From: Pirellulales bacterium
GTDB taxonomy: Bacteria; Planctomycetota; Planctomycetia; Pirellulales; JAICIG01
NCBI GenBank assembly: GCA_040901675.1
Contig: JBBDYJ010000025.1
Location: 63,943-127,942 of the forward strand
DNA length: 64,000 bases
Direction of reading: 5' to 3'
Within the stretch, counting starts at the first letter, position 1. The number at the start of each line of letters is the position of its first letter. This document shows positions 1-10,200 of this stretch, one piece after another. The translations under genes were made by a program, and so were the position numbers. Below the pieces are notes generated by a model. It saw only the letters and a list, made by a program, of their open reading frames with translations. It did no database searches and was not told the DNA's origin.

Positions 1-1
1 C

Positions 2-904
2 GCCGCGGCCCACGCGCCCGCGGCACGACCGGCCAGCAGCGTAATCGCGGCGCCGCCGGTAGCGGCCGCCACGCCGGCACTCGGTCTGGCCGTGGCACCG
101 CCACCGATTCTTGCCTCGTTGAGTCCGAGAGAGAGCGATCTACCGGTATTGCAGTTGGCCAATCCCGCGCCGATCTCGGCATCGCCCTTCATCGAGCACC
201 AGCCCATGGTGGGCAACCAGATTGCCGGCAATTATGGTGCGCCTGCTAATCCGTTTTATGGACCACGGTCTGCCAAGCCTGCCAGGCAGCGAACCCGGCG
301 AAGGCGAAGTTCCGACGACTTTGCTAACTTGAAAAAGGTGGTCGGCGTGATCGTCGCGATTCTAGCCGTGGTGCTTGTGGTTTCCGCCCGGGCCTATAAG
401 GTCTGGAGAAGATGGGAGAGGCAGGACAGCTCCCGGCCCGCCGCTAGTTCGCCGGTGGATCAGCCGGCGGGGACAGCGCCCACCGAGGCATGGCCGTACG
501 GGTATCCGCGCCACGAGCCGATCGAGCCGCCCCAATTCGGCAGGTTCGGAGGACGGGAGCCAGGCGATTTTCCCACCGGCCCTCAGCCCGACGATTTTCC
601 GCGACGTCGTGGGCCAGGCGATTTTCCTTCCGCTGTGCCACCCGGCGGCATACCCAGCGGCATACCCGGAAGAATGCCCGGTGGGATGCCCGGTGGGATG
701 CCAGGAGGAATGCCCGGAGGAATGCCAGACGGGATGCGGGGTGGAATGCCAGGCGGGATGCCCGGTAGGATGCCAGAAGGAATGCCAGGCGGAATGCGGG
801 GTGGGATGCCAGGCGGAATACCCGGAGGGATACCGGGCGGAATGCCTGGTGTAGTGCCCGGCGGGATGCCGGGCGGGCCGCTGCGGCAGGGCGGTGGCCG
901 GTGA
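2..904 (+). CDS. 5'-partial Pro/Gly-rich membrane protein with a C-terminal PGG(M/I) repeat tail
   Basis: The frame is open from the window edge. One TM helix ([17 protein letters not shown]) and about 19 PGGM/PGGI units. Confidence 0.7.
   Translation, partial: AAAHAPAARPASSVIAAPPVAAATPALGLAVAPPPILASLSPRESDLPVLQLANPAPISASPFIEHQPMVGNQIAGNYGAPANPFYGPRSAKPARQRTRRRRSSDDFANLKKVVGVIVAILAVVLVVSARAYKVWRRWERQDSSRPAASSPVDQPAGTAPTEAWPYGYPRHEPIEPPQFGRFGGREPGDFPTGPQPDDFPRRRGPGDFPSAVPPGGIPSGIPGRMPGGMPGGMPGGMPGGMPDGMRGGMPGGMPGRMPEGMPGGMRGGMPGGIPGGIPGGMPGVVPGGMPGGPLRQGGGR
640..876 (+). repeat. 12-bp coding tandem repeat (CCCGGCGGGATG-like, encoding PGGM)
   Basis: Degenerate 12-nt period visible in the sequence. 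Confidence 0.85.
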
Positions 905-975
905 GCCGCGAGAGCTTCCGTCCAGCTTCATCAATCCAAGAATTGCAAATCCAAAGCAACCGCACTCACTCCCCG

Positions 976-3087
976 ATGTCGATTCCTGTTGTTTGCCCGA
1001 ATTGCGGTCAATCGTATCGCCTCGATGAGCGGTATGGCGGGCAGCGAGTCAAGTGCCGCGCCTGCCAGGACTCGATCGACATTCCGGCGGTCGCCGGCGG
1101 CGGCCCCGCTGCCAATTCGGCGCAGCCGTCGCGATCCCGGCAGCCAAGCTTCGCCGCGGGAGAGGATGAAGAGCGGCTTGCCCCCGCCCCGGCGCTAAGG
1201 CGATCGGTGGCCCTCGACTGCGCCCGCTGCGCCAGGCGATACCGCGTGCCCGCCGAGTTGACGCACACCTCGATGAAGTGCCGCCAATGCGGCGAACCAT
1301 TGGTTCCAGCCCCCACCGAGGCCGCGGTGCCGCGGGCGCCCGTGTCGCGGCCGGCTCCCACGGCGGCCTCGGCGCCGGCCCAGCGTCCGGCGCCGCAGAC
1401 AGGCGGATCGGCTGGCACCAGGTTGCCGGCGGTGGCGAAACTGGCCGCGATCACCAGCACCCCCGCGGCAGGACCACCACTGGGCGAGCCGCTGCCGGTG
1501 CTGGAGGCCCTCGACGATCTGGCACCCGCGCCAGGCTTGGCGGGTCCCCATCTGACAGCCGGTCAAGCCGGGCCTGCCTTGCACCCTGGAGCGACGCCGC
1601 TTCGACCGGGCGCGCGGCAGTCGCTCCAGCCCCCTGCCAGGCCAAAACGAAAAAAGCCCGGCACGATTCCGCCGTACGTTTGGACCTGGAGCGCTCTGGG
1701 TGTCGTTCTGTTCGTGCTGCTGGCCGCCGTCCTGAGCTCGATCTTTCCCGCGGCGGGAATCGTCTTTGCGATTCTGTTTCTTGCCGTTGGGCTGATCGTG
1801 TCAACCGTGGCTGGAGTGTGGCTGCTGTGCATCGCTTTCATGGAGGACGTGGTCTGCGGGCTGCTGTACCTGTTCCTGCCGTTCTATAGCCTCTACTACG
1901 TGATCACTCGCTGGTCGGCGGTCAAAGTGCCGTTCTTGGCCGGCATGGGGGGCTCGGCGGTGATGTTCGCGGGGCTGTTCTTCCTGATGCTTGCCATCGT
2001 CGACCACGCCAAGACCGCGCCGCCCGGCGGCGGCCCCTTCGCTTCGGCTGGCCAGGTGGCCGGCGCGCCGGCGTCCGGCGGGGAAGCTGGCGGGCGATAC
2101 GGCGCATCCAGCTCGACCGGGCAACCAGGCGGGTTGACTGGGTCAACGGCGCACAATCCGCCCGCGCTGGCCCCGGCCGTTGCGGCCGCCGATCCGACGG
2201 CTCCTTTCAACCTCCGCGACGTTCGTTTCCCCGCATTCGCCGAGCGCGGCCCATCGCGCTCGCAATGGGCGGGGATCGACTGGTTCGAGATCCATCTCGG
2301 TCCGACGCCCCCTTCCACTCCCGGACATGGCGGCAAACTGTGGCTCTACCTGCCGCAAGGGCAGCGCGCGGCCAAGACGCTGCCCTGCGTGATGATCGCT
2401 CCGGCCGGCAGCGTGCTGTTCACCGGCATGGGGTTGGCCGAGGGCGACCGGGCCGAGCACCTGCCGTATGTCCAGAACGGCTTCGCGGTGATCGCTTACG
2501 AGCTCGACGGAGCGCTGCCGGTCCCCGACACGACGAGCGATGCGCATTATGCCGAGGCGTATCATGCGTTCCGCATGTCGCGCGCCGGCCTGGTCAACGC
2601 CCGCATTGCCATGGAGTATGTGCTCAACAAGGTGCCCGAGGTCGACCCGGAGCGGATCTATGCCGCCGGGCACAGCTCGGCCGCCACGCACGCGCTGTTG
2701 TTCGCGGCCCACGAGCCGCGGATCAAGGGCTGCGTGGCCTTCGCCCCCGCCGTCGATGTTCCAACCAGCCTGCTGCCGGTTACGTCGAACCCAGGTATTT
2801 TGCAGGTCATGCCGGGCATCCAGGACTTCGCCGTCCAATCGTCGCCCCACACGCACGAAGCGCGGCTGAATTGCCCGGTCTTGTTGTTTTGCGCGCAGGA
2901 CGACAGCCAGGCCGTCGTCCAGGGATCGAGCACAATGGCCAATCGGTTGCGGCAGCAGGGCAAACCGGTGGAGCTGGTCGTGACGCCGTCGGGCGGCCAC
3001 CACCAGTCGATGATCGGCGTCGGAATTCCCAAGGCGATCGAATGGTTCAAGAAACTGGCGCAGCCGGCCAATCAACCCGGTCAATAG
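976..3087 (+). CDS. Zinc-ribbon, multi-TM, alpha/beta hydrolase (prolyl oligopeptidase/dienelactone hydrolase-like)
   Basis: Two CxxC...CxxC ribbons (CPNC..CRAC, CARC..CRQC), about 4 TM helices, nucleophile elbow GHSSA, late Asp and GGHH. ATG 976 (MSIPVVCP) preferred over GTG 901. Confidence 0.8.
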   Translation: MSIPVVCPNCGQSYRLDERYGGQRVKCRACQDSIDIPAVAGGGPAANSAQPSRSRQPSFAAGEDEERLAPAPALRRSVALDCARCARRYRVPAELTHTSMKCRQCGEPLVPAPTEAAVPRAPVSRPAPTAASAPAQRPAPQTGGSAGTRLPAVAKLAAITSTPAAGPPLGEPLPVLEALDDLAPAPGLAGPHLTAGQAGPALHPGATPLRPGARQSLQPPARPKRKKPGTIPPYVWTWSALGVVLFVLLAAVLSSIFPAAGIVFAILFLAVGLIVSTVAGVWLLCIAFMEDVVCGLLYLFLPFYSLYYVITRWSAVKVPFLAGMGGSAVMFAGLFFLMLAIVDHAKTAPPGGGPFASAGQVAGAPASGGEAGGRYGASSSTGQPGGLTGSTAHNPPALAPAVAAADPTAPFNLRDVRFPAFAERGPSRSQWAGIDWFEIHLGPTPPSTPGHGGKLWLYLPQGQRAAKTLPCVMIAPAGSVLFTGMGLAEGDRAEHLPYVQNGFAVIAYELDGALPVPDTTSDAHYAEAYHAFRMSRAGLVNARIAMEYVLNKVPEVDPERIYAAGHSSAATHALLFAAHEPRIKGCVAFAPAVDVPTSLLPVTSNPGILQVMPGIQDFAVQSSPHTHEARLNCPVLLFCAQDDSQAVVQGSSTMANRLRQQGKPVELVVTPSGGHHQSMIGVGIPKAIEWFKKLAQPANQPGQ

Positions 3088-3142
3088 GAACCAACAAGGT
3101 GACCGGCGAGCGCCGGCTGGCTGGGGGATGGCGATAGCGACT

Positions 3143-3200
3143 GGGTGGCTGGGGCAAAGCGGACTTCGGCGAGCTCAGTCGAGTCGTAGCGTGCCCCAGT
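3143..3200. repeat. REP-like hairpin family B (GGTGGCTGGGGCAAAGCG...GCGTGCCCCAG) with a nested 25-bp module
   Basis: Other copies at about 7066-7125, 25441-25475, 25526-25560, 51211-51247, 53092-53127, 61566-61600, 61638-61671 and 63718-63750. Confidence 0.8.
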
Positions 3201-3244
3201 CGCTTGTGAGGAAGTTTGTTTTTCCTAACCAACGGTGATGTGCA

Positions 3245-5413
3245 ATGCGACTCCGATCTTCATTGGCGGTGATGCTCTTGATCCTGATTGCGGGCCGTGC
3301 CTCAGCTCAACAGGCCGCGGAGACTACCGAGCCATCGGCGATCCGTGAGCTGTTCAAGCCCGAGGCGTTCCAGACGCTGGTCAATCCCGACTGTTCGCAT
3401 TGTGTCGACGAAGCCAAAGCGCGAGCCGGCGACTTGAAAGACAGCGACCGCGTGCTGGCCTGGATCCGCGGCCAGTACGAAGGGGGCGCGATTCCGCTGC
3501 GGTTTTTTCTCGTCCCCTACCGCGTGATCAGCGACACCTACGGCGTGTTCGTGTACGACGCCGATGCCGGCTTCGTCCGCGGCTTCGAGCCTTCGCTCGA
3601 CTTCAGCTTCCATGGCTGGCGCAACGGCATCATGGTGATGCGGCACAAGGACGGCACGCTCTACTCGACGCTCTCCGGCCGCGCCTTCGCCGGGCCGCGC
3701 AGGGGAGACCAGCTCAAGCCGGTGGCCACGATCGCGACCGACTGGGGCTTCTGGAACGAGGCCTACCCCGGCTCGGTCGCTTATCGCATGTTCGAGAAGT
3801 ACCAGCCGATCGACGTCTCCGATGAACCGAACCCCGATTCGCTGGCCACGCGCGGCCCCGGCGATCGACGGCTCAAAGCTGAAACGGAAGTGATCGGCGT
3901 GGAGCTGGACGGGCATGCCAAGGCCTGGCCGATCGAGACGCTCCAGCAGGCCGGTGGCATCATCCGCGACAAGCTGGGCGACCAGCCGGTCGTCGTGCTC
4001 TGGTACAAACCGACCGGTACGGCCGCCGTCTATTCGACCGCGCTGGAGAATTCGGACCGGCCGGCCACGGTCAGCTTGAGCTACGACCCGAGCTCGGCGC
4101 GGGCCCCCTTTGTCGATCGCGAGACGGGCTCGCGCTGGGGCATCGAGGGCCGGGCCGCCGACGGGCCGCTGGAGGGCAAAACCCTACGCTGGCTGCCGGG
4201 CGTGCAATGCCGCTGGTTCGCCTGGTCGGCCGAGTACCCTGATACCGCGCTGCACGCGGCCGCGAAAGCCGACCGCCCGGCAGGCGAGCCGGCCGAAAAC
4301 AAGTCGCGTCGTAAGCGCGACCGGCCGCGTCCGGCTTCAGAGTCGCCGGTCGGCCAACGGCCGGCTGCCGGCCCCTGGCAAGCAGTGCTAGTCGAGCCTG
4401 CGGCCCTCACACGGCACGCCGGGCGCGGCTGGCGCGACGAAGGCTATCGTGCCGTGGCGGTGGTGCTCGACGAGCGGCATTCGCTTGCCGACTACCGCGG
4501 TGCGGCCCAAGCGGCCGAGCGAGCAGGCTTGGACCTTTATTACTGGATCGAGGTCGCCCGCAACCAGCCGCTGGCCGAGGCCCATCCGGAGTGGATGGCT
4601 TCGCTGGGCCTGCACGAAGACTGGCACGAGCGCTATCCCGATGTGCCGTTGCCGGGGAAGGGCCAGGTGGCCAAGGTTTTTCCCTGGGTGCCGATCGGCT
4701 ATCGCGAGGCGTTCGACGCGCATCGCGCGCGGGTGGCCCTACTCGTCGAGCGGGCCGCGGGCGATTACCGCGGGCTGTTGCTCAACGACTTGCAGGGTGG
4801 TCCGGCCTCCTGCGGCTGCGGCAACTTGCAGTGCCGCTGGGCGATCGACTACGGCGTGCCGTCGACCGGCACCAGGCTGGAAGGAGACGACGTGGCGGCC
4901 CGCTTTATCGCGGAGGTGCGAAAGCTGGTCCCCGGCCGCGACGTAGTGCCGATTTGGACGACGGAGTGCGAAGACCGCGATTTGCCCGCCAGCCTGGCGC
5001 CCGGTGCAAGAACGACCGGCCACTGCGGCAGCGTCCCCTGTTCGCGGGGCACTTGTCCCAAGGCCTTCACCCAGCAGTGGAACGCGCTGGCGGCCGCTCA
5101 CCAGGGTCCGATTGGCATTCTGGCCACGCACAAGGAGCTGAAGCGCGACGGCCCACAGTATGGCGGGCCGGCCGGTTGGGTGCCGCAAGCGCTCGATTAC
5201 CTGGACCAGGTTGTCCCCGAGCACGGTGGCCAGGCGATCGACCGCAGCCGGTTGTGGCTGGTGGTGCAGGGCTACGATCTGCCCGCCGCCGAGCGGCAAG
5301 CCGCCCGCCGCGCCGCCCTCGCCTCCGGCGCCTCCGTCATTCTCGTCGCGCTGACCCCTATCGATCAATCCTACCAGCCCCGCATCGTTGAAATCGAAGA
5401 GAACTCCCCGTAG
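3245..5413 (+). CDS. Secreted DUF3179-domain protein fused to a Cys-rich, possibly TIM-barrel-like C-terminal domain
   Basis: Signal peptide; DUF3179-like motifs (STLSGRAFAGP; FVDRETGSRWGIEGRAADGPLEG; WFAWSAEYPDT). The C-terminal fold is an inference. Confidence 0.7.
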   Translation: MRLRSSLAVMLLILIAGRASAQQAAETTEPSAIRELFKPEAFQTLVNPDCSHCVDEAKARAGDLKDSDRVLAWIRGQYEGGAIPLRFFLVPYRVISDTYGVFVYDADAGFVRGFEPSLDFSFHGWRNGIMVMRHKDGTLYSTLSGRAFAGPRRGDQLKPVATIATDWGFWNEAYPGSVAYRMFEKYQPIDVSDEPNPDSLATRGPGDRRLKAETEVIGVELDGHAKAWPIETLQQAGGIIRDKLGDQPVVVLWYKPTGTAAVYSTALENSDRPATVSLSYDPSSARAPFVDRETGSRWGIEGRAADGPLEGKTLRWLPGVQCRWFAWSAEYPDTALHAAAKADRPAGEPAENKSRRKRDRPRPASESPVGQRPAAGPWQAVLVEPAALTRHAGRGWRDEGYRAVAVVLDERHSLADYRGAAQAAERAGLDLYYWIEVARNQPLAEAHPEWMASLGLHEDWHERYPDVPLPGKGQVAKVFPWVPIGYREAFDAHRARVALLVERAAGDYRGLLLNDLQGGPASCGCGNLQCRWAIDYGVPSTGTRLEGDDVAARFIAEVRKLVPGRDVVPIWTTECEDRDLPASLAPGARTTGHCGSVPCSRGTCPKAFTQQWNALAAAHQGPIGILATHKELKRDGPQYGGPAGWVPQALDYLDQVVPEHGGQAIDRSRLWLVVQGYDLPAAERQAARRAALASGASVILVALTPIDQSYQPRIVEIEENSP

Positions 5414-5497
5414 CAGGACTCGCCAGAGTTCTCGTGACTCTCCGTAGCAGGACTCGCCAGAGTTCTGGTGACGTGAACGGCGCCAGAGTTCTCGTGA
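5410..5497. repeat. GTAG-type REP family A cluster (GTAGCAGGACTCGCCAGAGTTC)
   Basis: Two full copies and one partial. Related copies at 5809, 24780, 35027-35128, 44647 and 47049-47264. Confidence 0.85.
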
Positions 5498-5512
5498 CAT
5501 GGAAGAGCAGTT

Positions 5513-5581
5513 GATCACTCCAAGCCGATCCGCCGGCCTTCGTGGCTCGAGCGGTAGATGGCGTCGATCAACTCGAGCGTG
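5513..5581 (-). pseudogene. Diverged copy of the 3' end of the Gfo/Idh/MocA gene
   Basis: 69 bp matching 5938-6006 with 3 mismatches. Confidence 0.85.
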
Positions 5582-5584
5582 AGA

Positions 5585-5696
5585 AAAGAAAGGGGACATT
5601 CTACTTTTTAAGAAAGAAAGAAGAAAGAAAGGGGACATTCTACTTTTTAAAACAAAGTAGAATGTCCCCTTTCTTTTTCTGTCCCCTTTCTTTTTC
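5585..5696. repeat. AT-rich inverted repeat family E (AAAGGGGACATTCTACTTT...AAAGTAGAATGTCCCCTTT)
   Basis: Direct and inverted copies here; a second cluster at about 5841-5919. Confidence 0.85.
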
Positions 5697-5836
5697 AGGC
5701 CGCCCGCCGCGCCGCCCTCGGCTCCGGCGCCGCCGCCGTTCTTGTCGCGCTCACCCCCATCGATCAATCCTACCAGCCCCGCATCGTTGAAATCGAAGAG
5801 AACTCCCCGTAGCAGGACTCGCCAGAGTTCTCGTGA
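5696..5836 (+). pseudogene. Diverged copy of the 3' end of the DUF3179 gene plus its REP
   Basis: 141 bp matching 5297-5437 at offset 399, with 8 mismatches all in the 5' half. Confidence 0.85.
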
Positions 5837-5939
5837 TCAGAAGAAAGAAAGGGGACATTCAAGAAAGAAAGGGGACATTCTACTTTCTAAAACAAAGTAG
5901 AATGTCCCCTTTCTTTTTCGCGGACCGCATGAATGCGGA

Positions 5940-7004
5940 TCACTCCAAGCTGATCCGCCGGCCTTCGTGGCTCGAGCGATAGATGGCGTCGATCAGCTCG
6001 AGCGTGGCCGCGGTCGAGGCGGGCGTGTTGCGGCAGGGCCCGCGGGCGCCGGAGAGATCGCGGGCCGAGGCGATCCAATCGTCGATCAACCCAACTGCGC
6101 GGTAGCCGCAATAGCCGGGCGTGCTGTCGGCCTGGAGTGTGTACGTTTCTTCCATGGCATGCCACTGCGGCTGCGGGCCATGGATCTCCAGCACGCCGCC
6201 GGTTCCCGGCCGAGCGGGATCCCAGTGGACCCAGCGGTCGCTGCCCCGCAGACACCAATGCGTCTCGCTGGCCCAGCGCGGCAGCCAATAGCCGCCCACC
6301 AGCGTGGCGATGCCGCCGCCCGCCAGGTCCATCACCGCCACGCCGCCGTCTTCGACCTCCAGCGCCGTGGAACCGAACACGCCGACCCGGGCCGTGACGC
6401 CCACGACCGGCTGCCCCACGATATATGGCAACAGGTCGAGCCAATGGCAAGCCAGCCAGTTAAAAAACCCGCCGCCGCTCACCGCGCGGTCGAACAGGTA
6501 ATGAGTCGGCCCACGGCGAGCCGCGTCGCTGGTAAAGTAGCTCATCTCGACGCTGATCAAGCGGCCAAAACGGCCGTCGGCCAGCATCTGCCTGAGACGG
6601 TTGGCCGCTTCGTCGTAGCGCCAGGCATACCCGTTCTGAAAAGCCACGCCCGCGGTTTGCACGGCCTCCCGCAGGCGGGCCGCGTCGGCCGCCGAACCGG
6701 CCACGGGCTTTTCGGCCAAAATGTGCTTGCCGGCCTGCGCCAGGCGGATGATGGCATCGGGCGCCTGGTTGTTGGGCAAGCAGACGACCGCGCCGTCGAA
6801 CCGGCCGCCCTCGACCAGCGCCTCGACGCTGTCGAAGCGCTCGACGCTCGAGTATCTCTCTTCGAGGCTGGTGGTTCCGCCGCCGAAGCCGGGCATTATG
6901 GCCGTCAAGGCGACTTTATCCCCCAGGTTGGCGAGGCTCTCGCGCCAGCCGGCACCATGCGGATGGTCGATTCCCAGGAAGGCCAGACGGAAAGGTTCGC
7001 TCAT
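5940..7004 (-). CDS. Gfo/Idh/MocA family oxidoreductase
   Basis: AGKHILAEKP motif, GGG..NWLACHWLDLL, C-terminal LIDAIYRS. Start MSEPFRLAF. Confidence 0.9.
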   Translation of the reverse strand: MSEPFRLAFLGIDHPHGAGWRESLANLGDKVALTAIMPGFGGGTTSLEERYSSVERFDSVEALVEGGRFDGAVVCLPNNQAPDAIIRLAQAGKHILAEKPVAGSAADAARLREAVQTAGVAFQNGYAWRYDEAANRLRQMLADGRFGRLISVEMSYFTSDAARRGPTHYLFDRAVSGGGFFNWLACHWLDLLPYIVGQPVVGVTARVGVFGSTALEVEDGGVAVMDLAGGGIATLVGGYWLPRWASETHWCLRGSDRWVHWDPARPGTGGVLEIHGPQPQWHAMEETYTLQADSTPGYCGYRAVGLIDDWIASARDLSGARGPCRNTPASTAATLELIDAIYRSSHEGRRISLE

Positions 7005-7143
7005 ATTCCGGGCGCCCTCAGTGGCCCCACACATGGACCGTGAATCCAGAAGCCAAAAAACGAGGACTGGGGCACGCTACGACTCGACTGAGCTCGCCGA
7101 AGTCCGCTTTGCCACCAGGCACCCGTCGACTGATACCACGCAT

Positions 7144-7191
7144 CACTGCTTCTCGGTCCCGACACGGCGGCACCTCCAAGCAGCGCCACAC
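7144..7191. repeat. REP-like family C (GTGCCACTGCTT...AAGCAGTG), reverse copy
   Basis: Other copies at about 24815-24861, 40847-40891 and 52767-52810. Confidence 0.75.
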
Positions 7192-7213
7192 TGGCTCGCA
7201 ATCCAAAGGTTAG

Positions 7214-10200
7214 TTAGTTGTCTTTGCTCGTTTCCAGGAAAGCAAACAAGTCGACGATCTCCTGGGGCGACAGCTCCTTGAGCAGTCCTTCGGGCATCAC
7301 CGAAGTCCGGGCGGGCTCGATCTCGTCGATGTTCTTCTTGGGGATCTCCAGCCGCGTTGCATCGGGCATCAACAATACAATGCTTTGTGCGCCGTCCTGC
7401 GCCGCCGCGGGCATGCCGGTGAACACCTGTCCCTCGATGGTCACCAGTGTAATCGAGCGGTACTGGTCGCTGATCACCTGCGACGGATATACGAGCGACT
7501 CGACGATCTCCTTGCGCTGAAAACGCCGCCGCACCGCCGTCAGGTCCGGGCCCATGCCTTCGCCCTTTTCCTTGAAACGGTGGCACTTGATGCAGTTTGA
7601 CTTGGCGAACACCGCCTCGCCCCGCCCGGTATCGCCGGCCAGGCCGTGCGAGTTGTTCTCCAACAAGTCGAGGAGCTCCTGGTAGCCGTACCGCGCTTCC
7701 TCGGCCCTGGCCTGGGGCAGCTCGGGGGGCGGTGAGTCGGGGTATCGGTCGCGGAACCACTGCTGGTAGTGTTCCAGGGCGGCGATTGCATCCAGCCCGC
7801 CGCGGCGGGGGCTGCCGGTCCATTTCTCCAGCAAGTCGACCGCGGCCAGGCCGCCTTGCGCGCCCAGCTTCAACCCGGCCAGGATCGCCGAGCGGATTGC
7901 TCCGCTCTCGTCCGGCTTGCGATCGATGGCCCGCAGCGCGGCGATGCACAATTGGAGCGTGGTGTCGTCGGCGAAGTCGAGCGTCCGGACGAGATACGGG
8001 AAGTACTCGGCCGACGGCTCTTGCGACATGCCCCGCGCGATCTGCTCGCGGCGGTCGGGCAAGTCTTCGAACAGCTTGCCGAGCGTCTCGCGGGCCGTGA
8101 GAGACTTGCTCTTGGCCAGTGATTCGATGGCCACGCTCACCATCGCCTCACCACCGGACTGGCCGGGATCGTCGTCCAACTGGGCCATGACCAGCCGCAC
8201 CACCTCTTCGTACCCGGCGATGGCCTCCGGCTCGCTCTTGCTCAGGATCAATCTCGCCGCGAAGGGCCGCCGCTGCCATCCCTCGACCAGCCGCCGGCGG
8301 TCCTCGGCCGGCACGTGCGCGAGGTGTTCGGCCATGATGTTTTCCAGCCAGCGGCCGAAGCTGTGCCCGCCTTCCCAAGCCCGCGTCGTCTCGTACCAGT
8401 CGAACAGGCGGCCGTTGAGCTCGGACGTCCAGCCAGCAGCCAGGTAGCTGGTGACCAAGGCGTAATGGATCTGAAGGGCCTGGCTCGGCGAGGCTTCCAT
8501 CGCCTCCAGGATCGCGGCGGCTGCCTGGGGCTCCTGGAGGTAACATAGGATGCGGCTTATCTCCATCCGCAAGGCGTGCTCGGCACCTGGCGGTTCGCCG
8601 GGCGAAGGCGCCTCGGCAAAGGCCGCCAGCAAACGCCGCTTCAATTCGTCGATCTGGGGACCATCGGCGCCGGCCGAGAGCGTCAGCTCGATCATGCGCA
8701 ACAGGTCCAGTTTCAAACCATCGTCGCCCCGCCAGCACGCGTCCCAGATCGAAAGCTCGTGCCGCAGCGCCTCGACGGGCGGTAAGGTGTCGGTCCCCAA
8801 GCGGTGCAGCGCCAGCAGGCCATGCGTGACGGCGCGGGGATCATCGCACGCGAGGACTTGCCTGCGCCACTTTTCGAGCGGCACGCGCTCCAGCGCCAGG
8901 CGGGCGGCAAACCGCGCGAAGCGGTCGCTGCCGGCCAGCAGTTTCATGAGCGGCTCGACCGGGGCTTCCAACCCGCTGGCGACAAACGCTTCCGCCGCCC
9001 GGCGGGCCGCCAGCGGCGATCGATCCCCAAGCAGCCCGCCCAGTGCCTCGGCCACGGCCGGTTCGGCGTGCTCCTCGAGCAGCCAGGCGGCAAAGGCGCG
9101 CACCTGCTCGTCCTCGTCGCGGGCGAGCTGGATCAGCAGTTCCGTGGATGGCGGCGGACCCAACTGGGCCAAGAGCGTGAGAGCGCGGATTTGCTCCTGG
9201 GGTTCGCCGCGTTGCGCCTTTTCCACCAGGCCGGCCTCCCAGTCATTGCCCAGCCGGTCCTTGATCTTTGCAAACGCCGCGCGGGCCCAGGCCGACGAGG
9301 GCTGTGGCATGACCAAGGCATCGGCCAGCGTCTCATCCGCGGGCAGCCGTGGCGGCGCGTCGCGATAAGTGACTCGGTACAGGCCTCCCTCGGTGCGGCG
9401 CCCGCCGGTGGCGAACACCAACGAGCCGTCGCGGTCGACCTCCACGTCGGAAACGTTCAGCGGGTTGCCGGTGACCAGGTTTTCCCACGTTCCGGCATAG
9501 CTCGATCCCTTCCGTTCCAAGCGCACGGCGCCGATTCGCCCCATCGACCAGTCGCAGGCGATCAAAGCGCCCCGGTACGACGGGGGGAAGTGGTCGTGCT
9601 CGTAGAACACGACGCCGGTCGGCGAGCCGCGGCCCACGTCGACCGCCGCCGGCAGCGTGTCGAAGTAGTAGTCGGGCCACTTGCCGGCGTTGCTCCGCCA
9701 GCCAAACTCCGCTCCGGCGGTGCAATGTGTCACGCGCACCGGTTTGTAGAACGGCATGCCGACTTCCCATTCCATGTCGCTGTCGAACGTGAACATCTCG
9801 CCGGCCGAGTTGAAGGCGATGTCGTAGTGGTTGCGGAAGCCGTTGGTCACCAGCGACCAGCGCTTGCCGTCAGGCGAGAACCGCCAAATGGTGCCTCCCG
9901 GGGCAGGCACTCCGGCCGCGTGCCCGTTGGGATCCTCATATCGCGGCTGCAGCAGGTCGCCTTCGTAGTAGTCGCGGATGGGGCTGGTCGGCTCCGGCTC
10001 GTGAGTGATCCAGGCGTGGTTGCCGATGTTGTGGTACATTCGGCCGTCGGGGCCGAGCACCACGCTGTGCGGGCCGTGTTCGCCCATCCCTCCCCGGTAT
10101 TTCGTGACCAACCGCACCTCGTCGGCCACGTCGTCCTGGTCGCGATCGGGCAGCCGGTACATGCCGGTGCCGTGCGGACCGTTGCCCACGGCGTACAGCT

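Noticed and set aside
5297..5836. DGR template/variable repeat pair
   Set aside because: Mismatches are not adenine-specific and there is no reverse transcriptase in the window.
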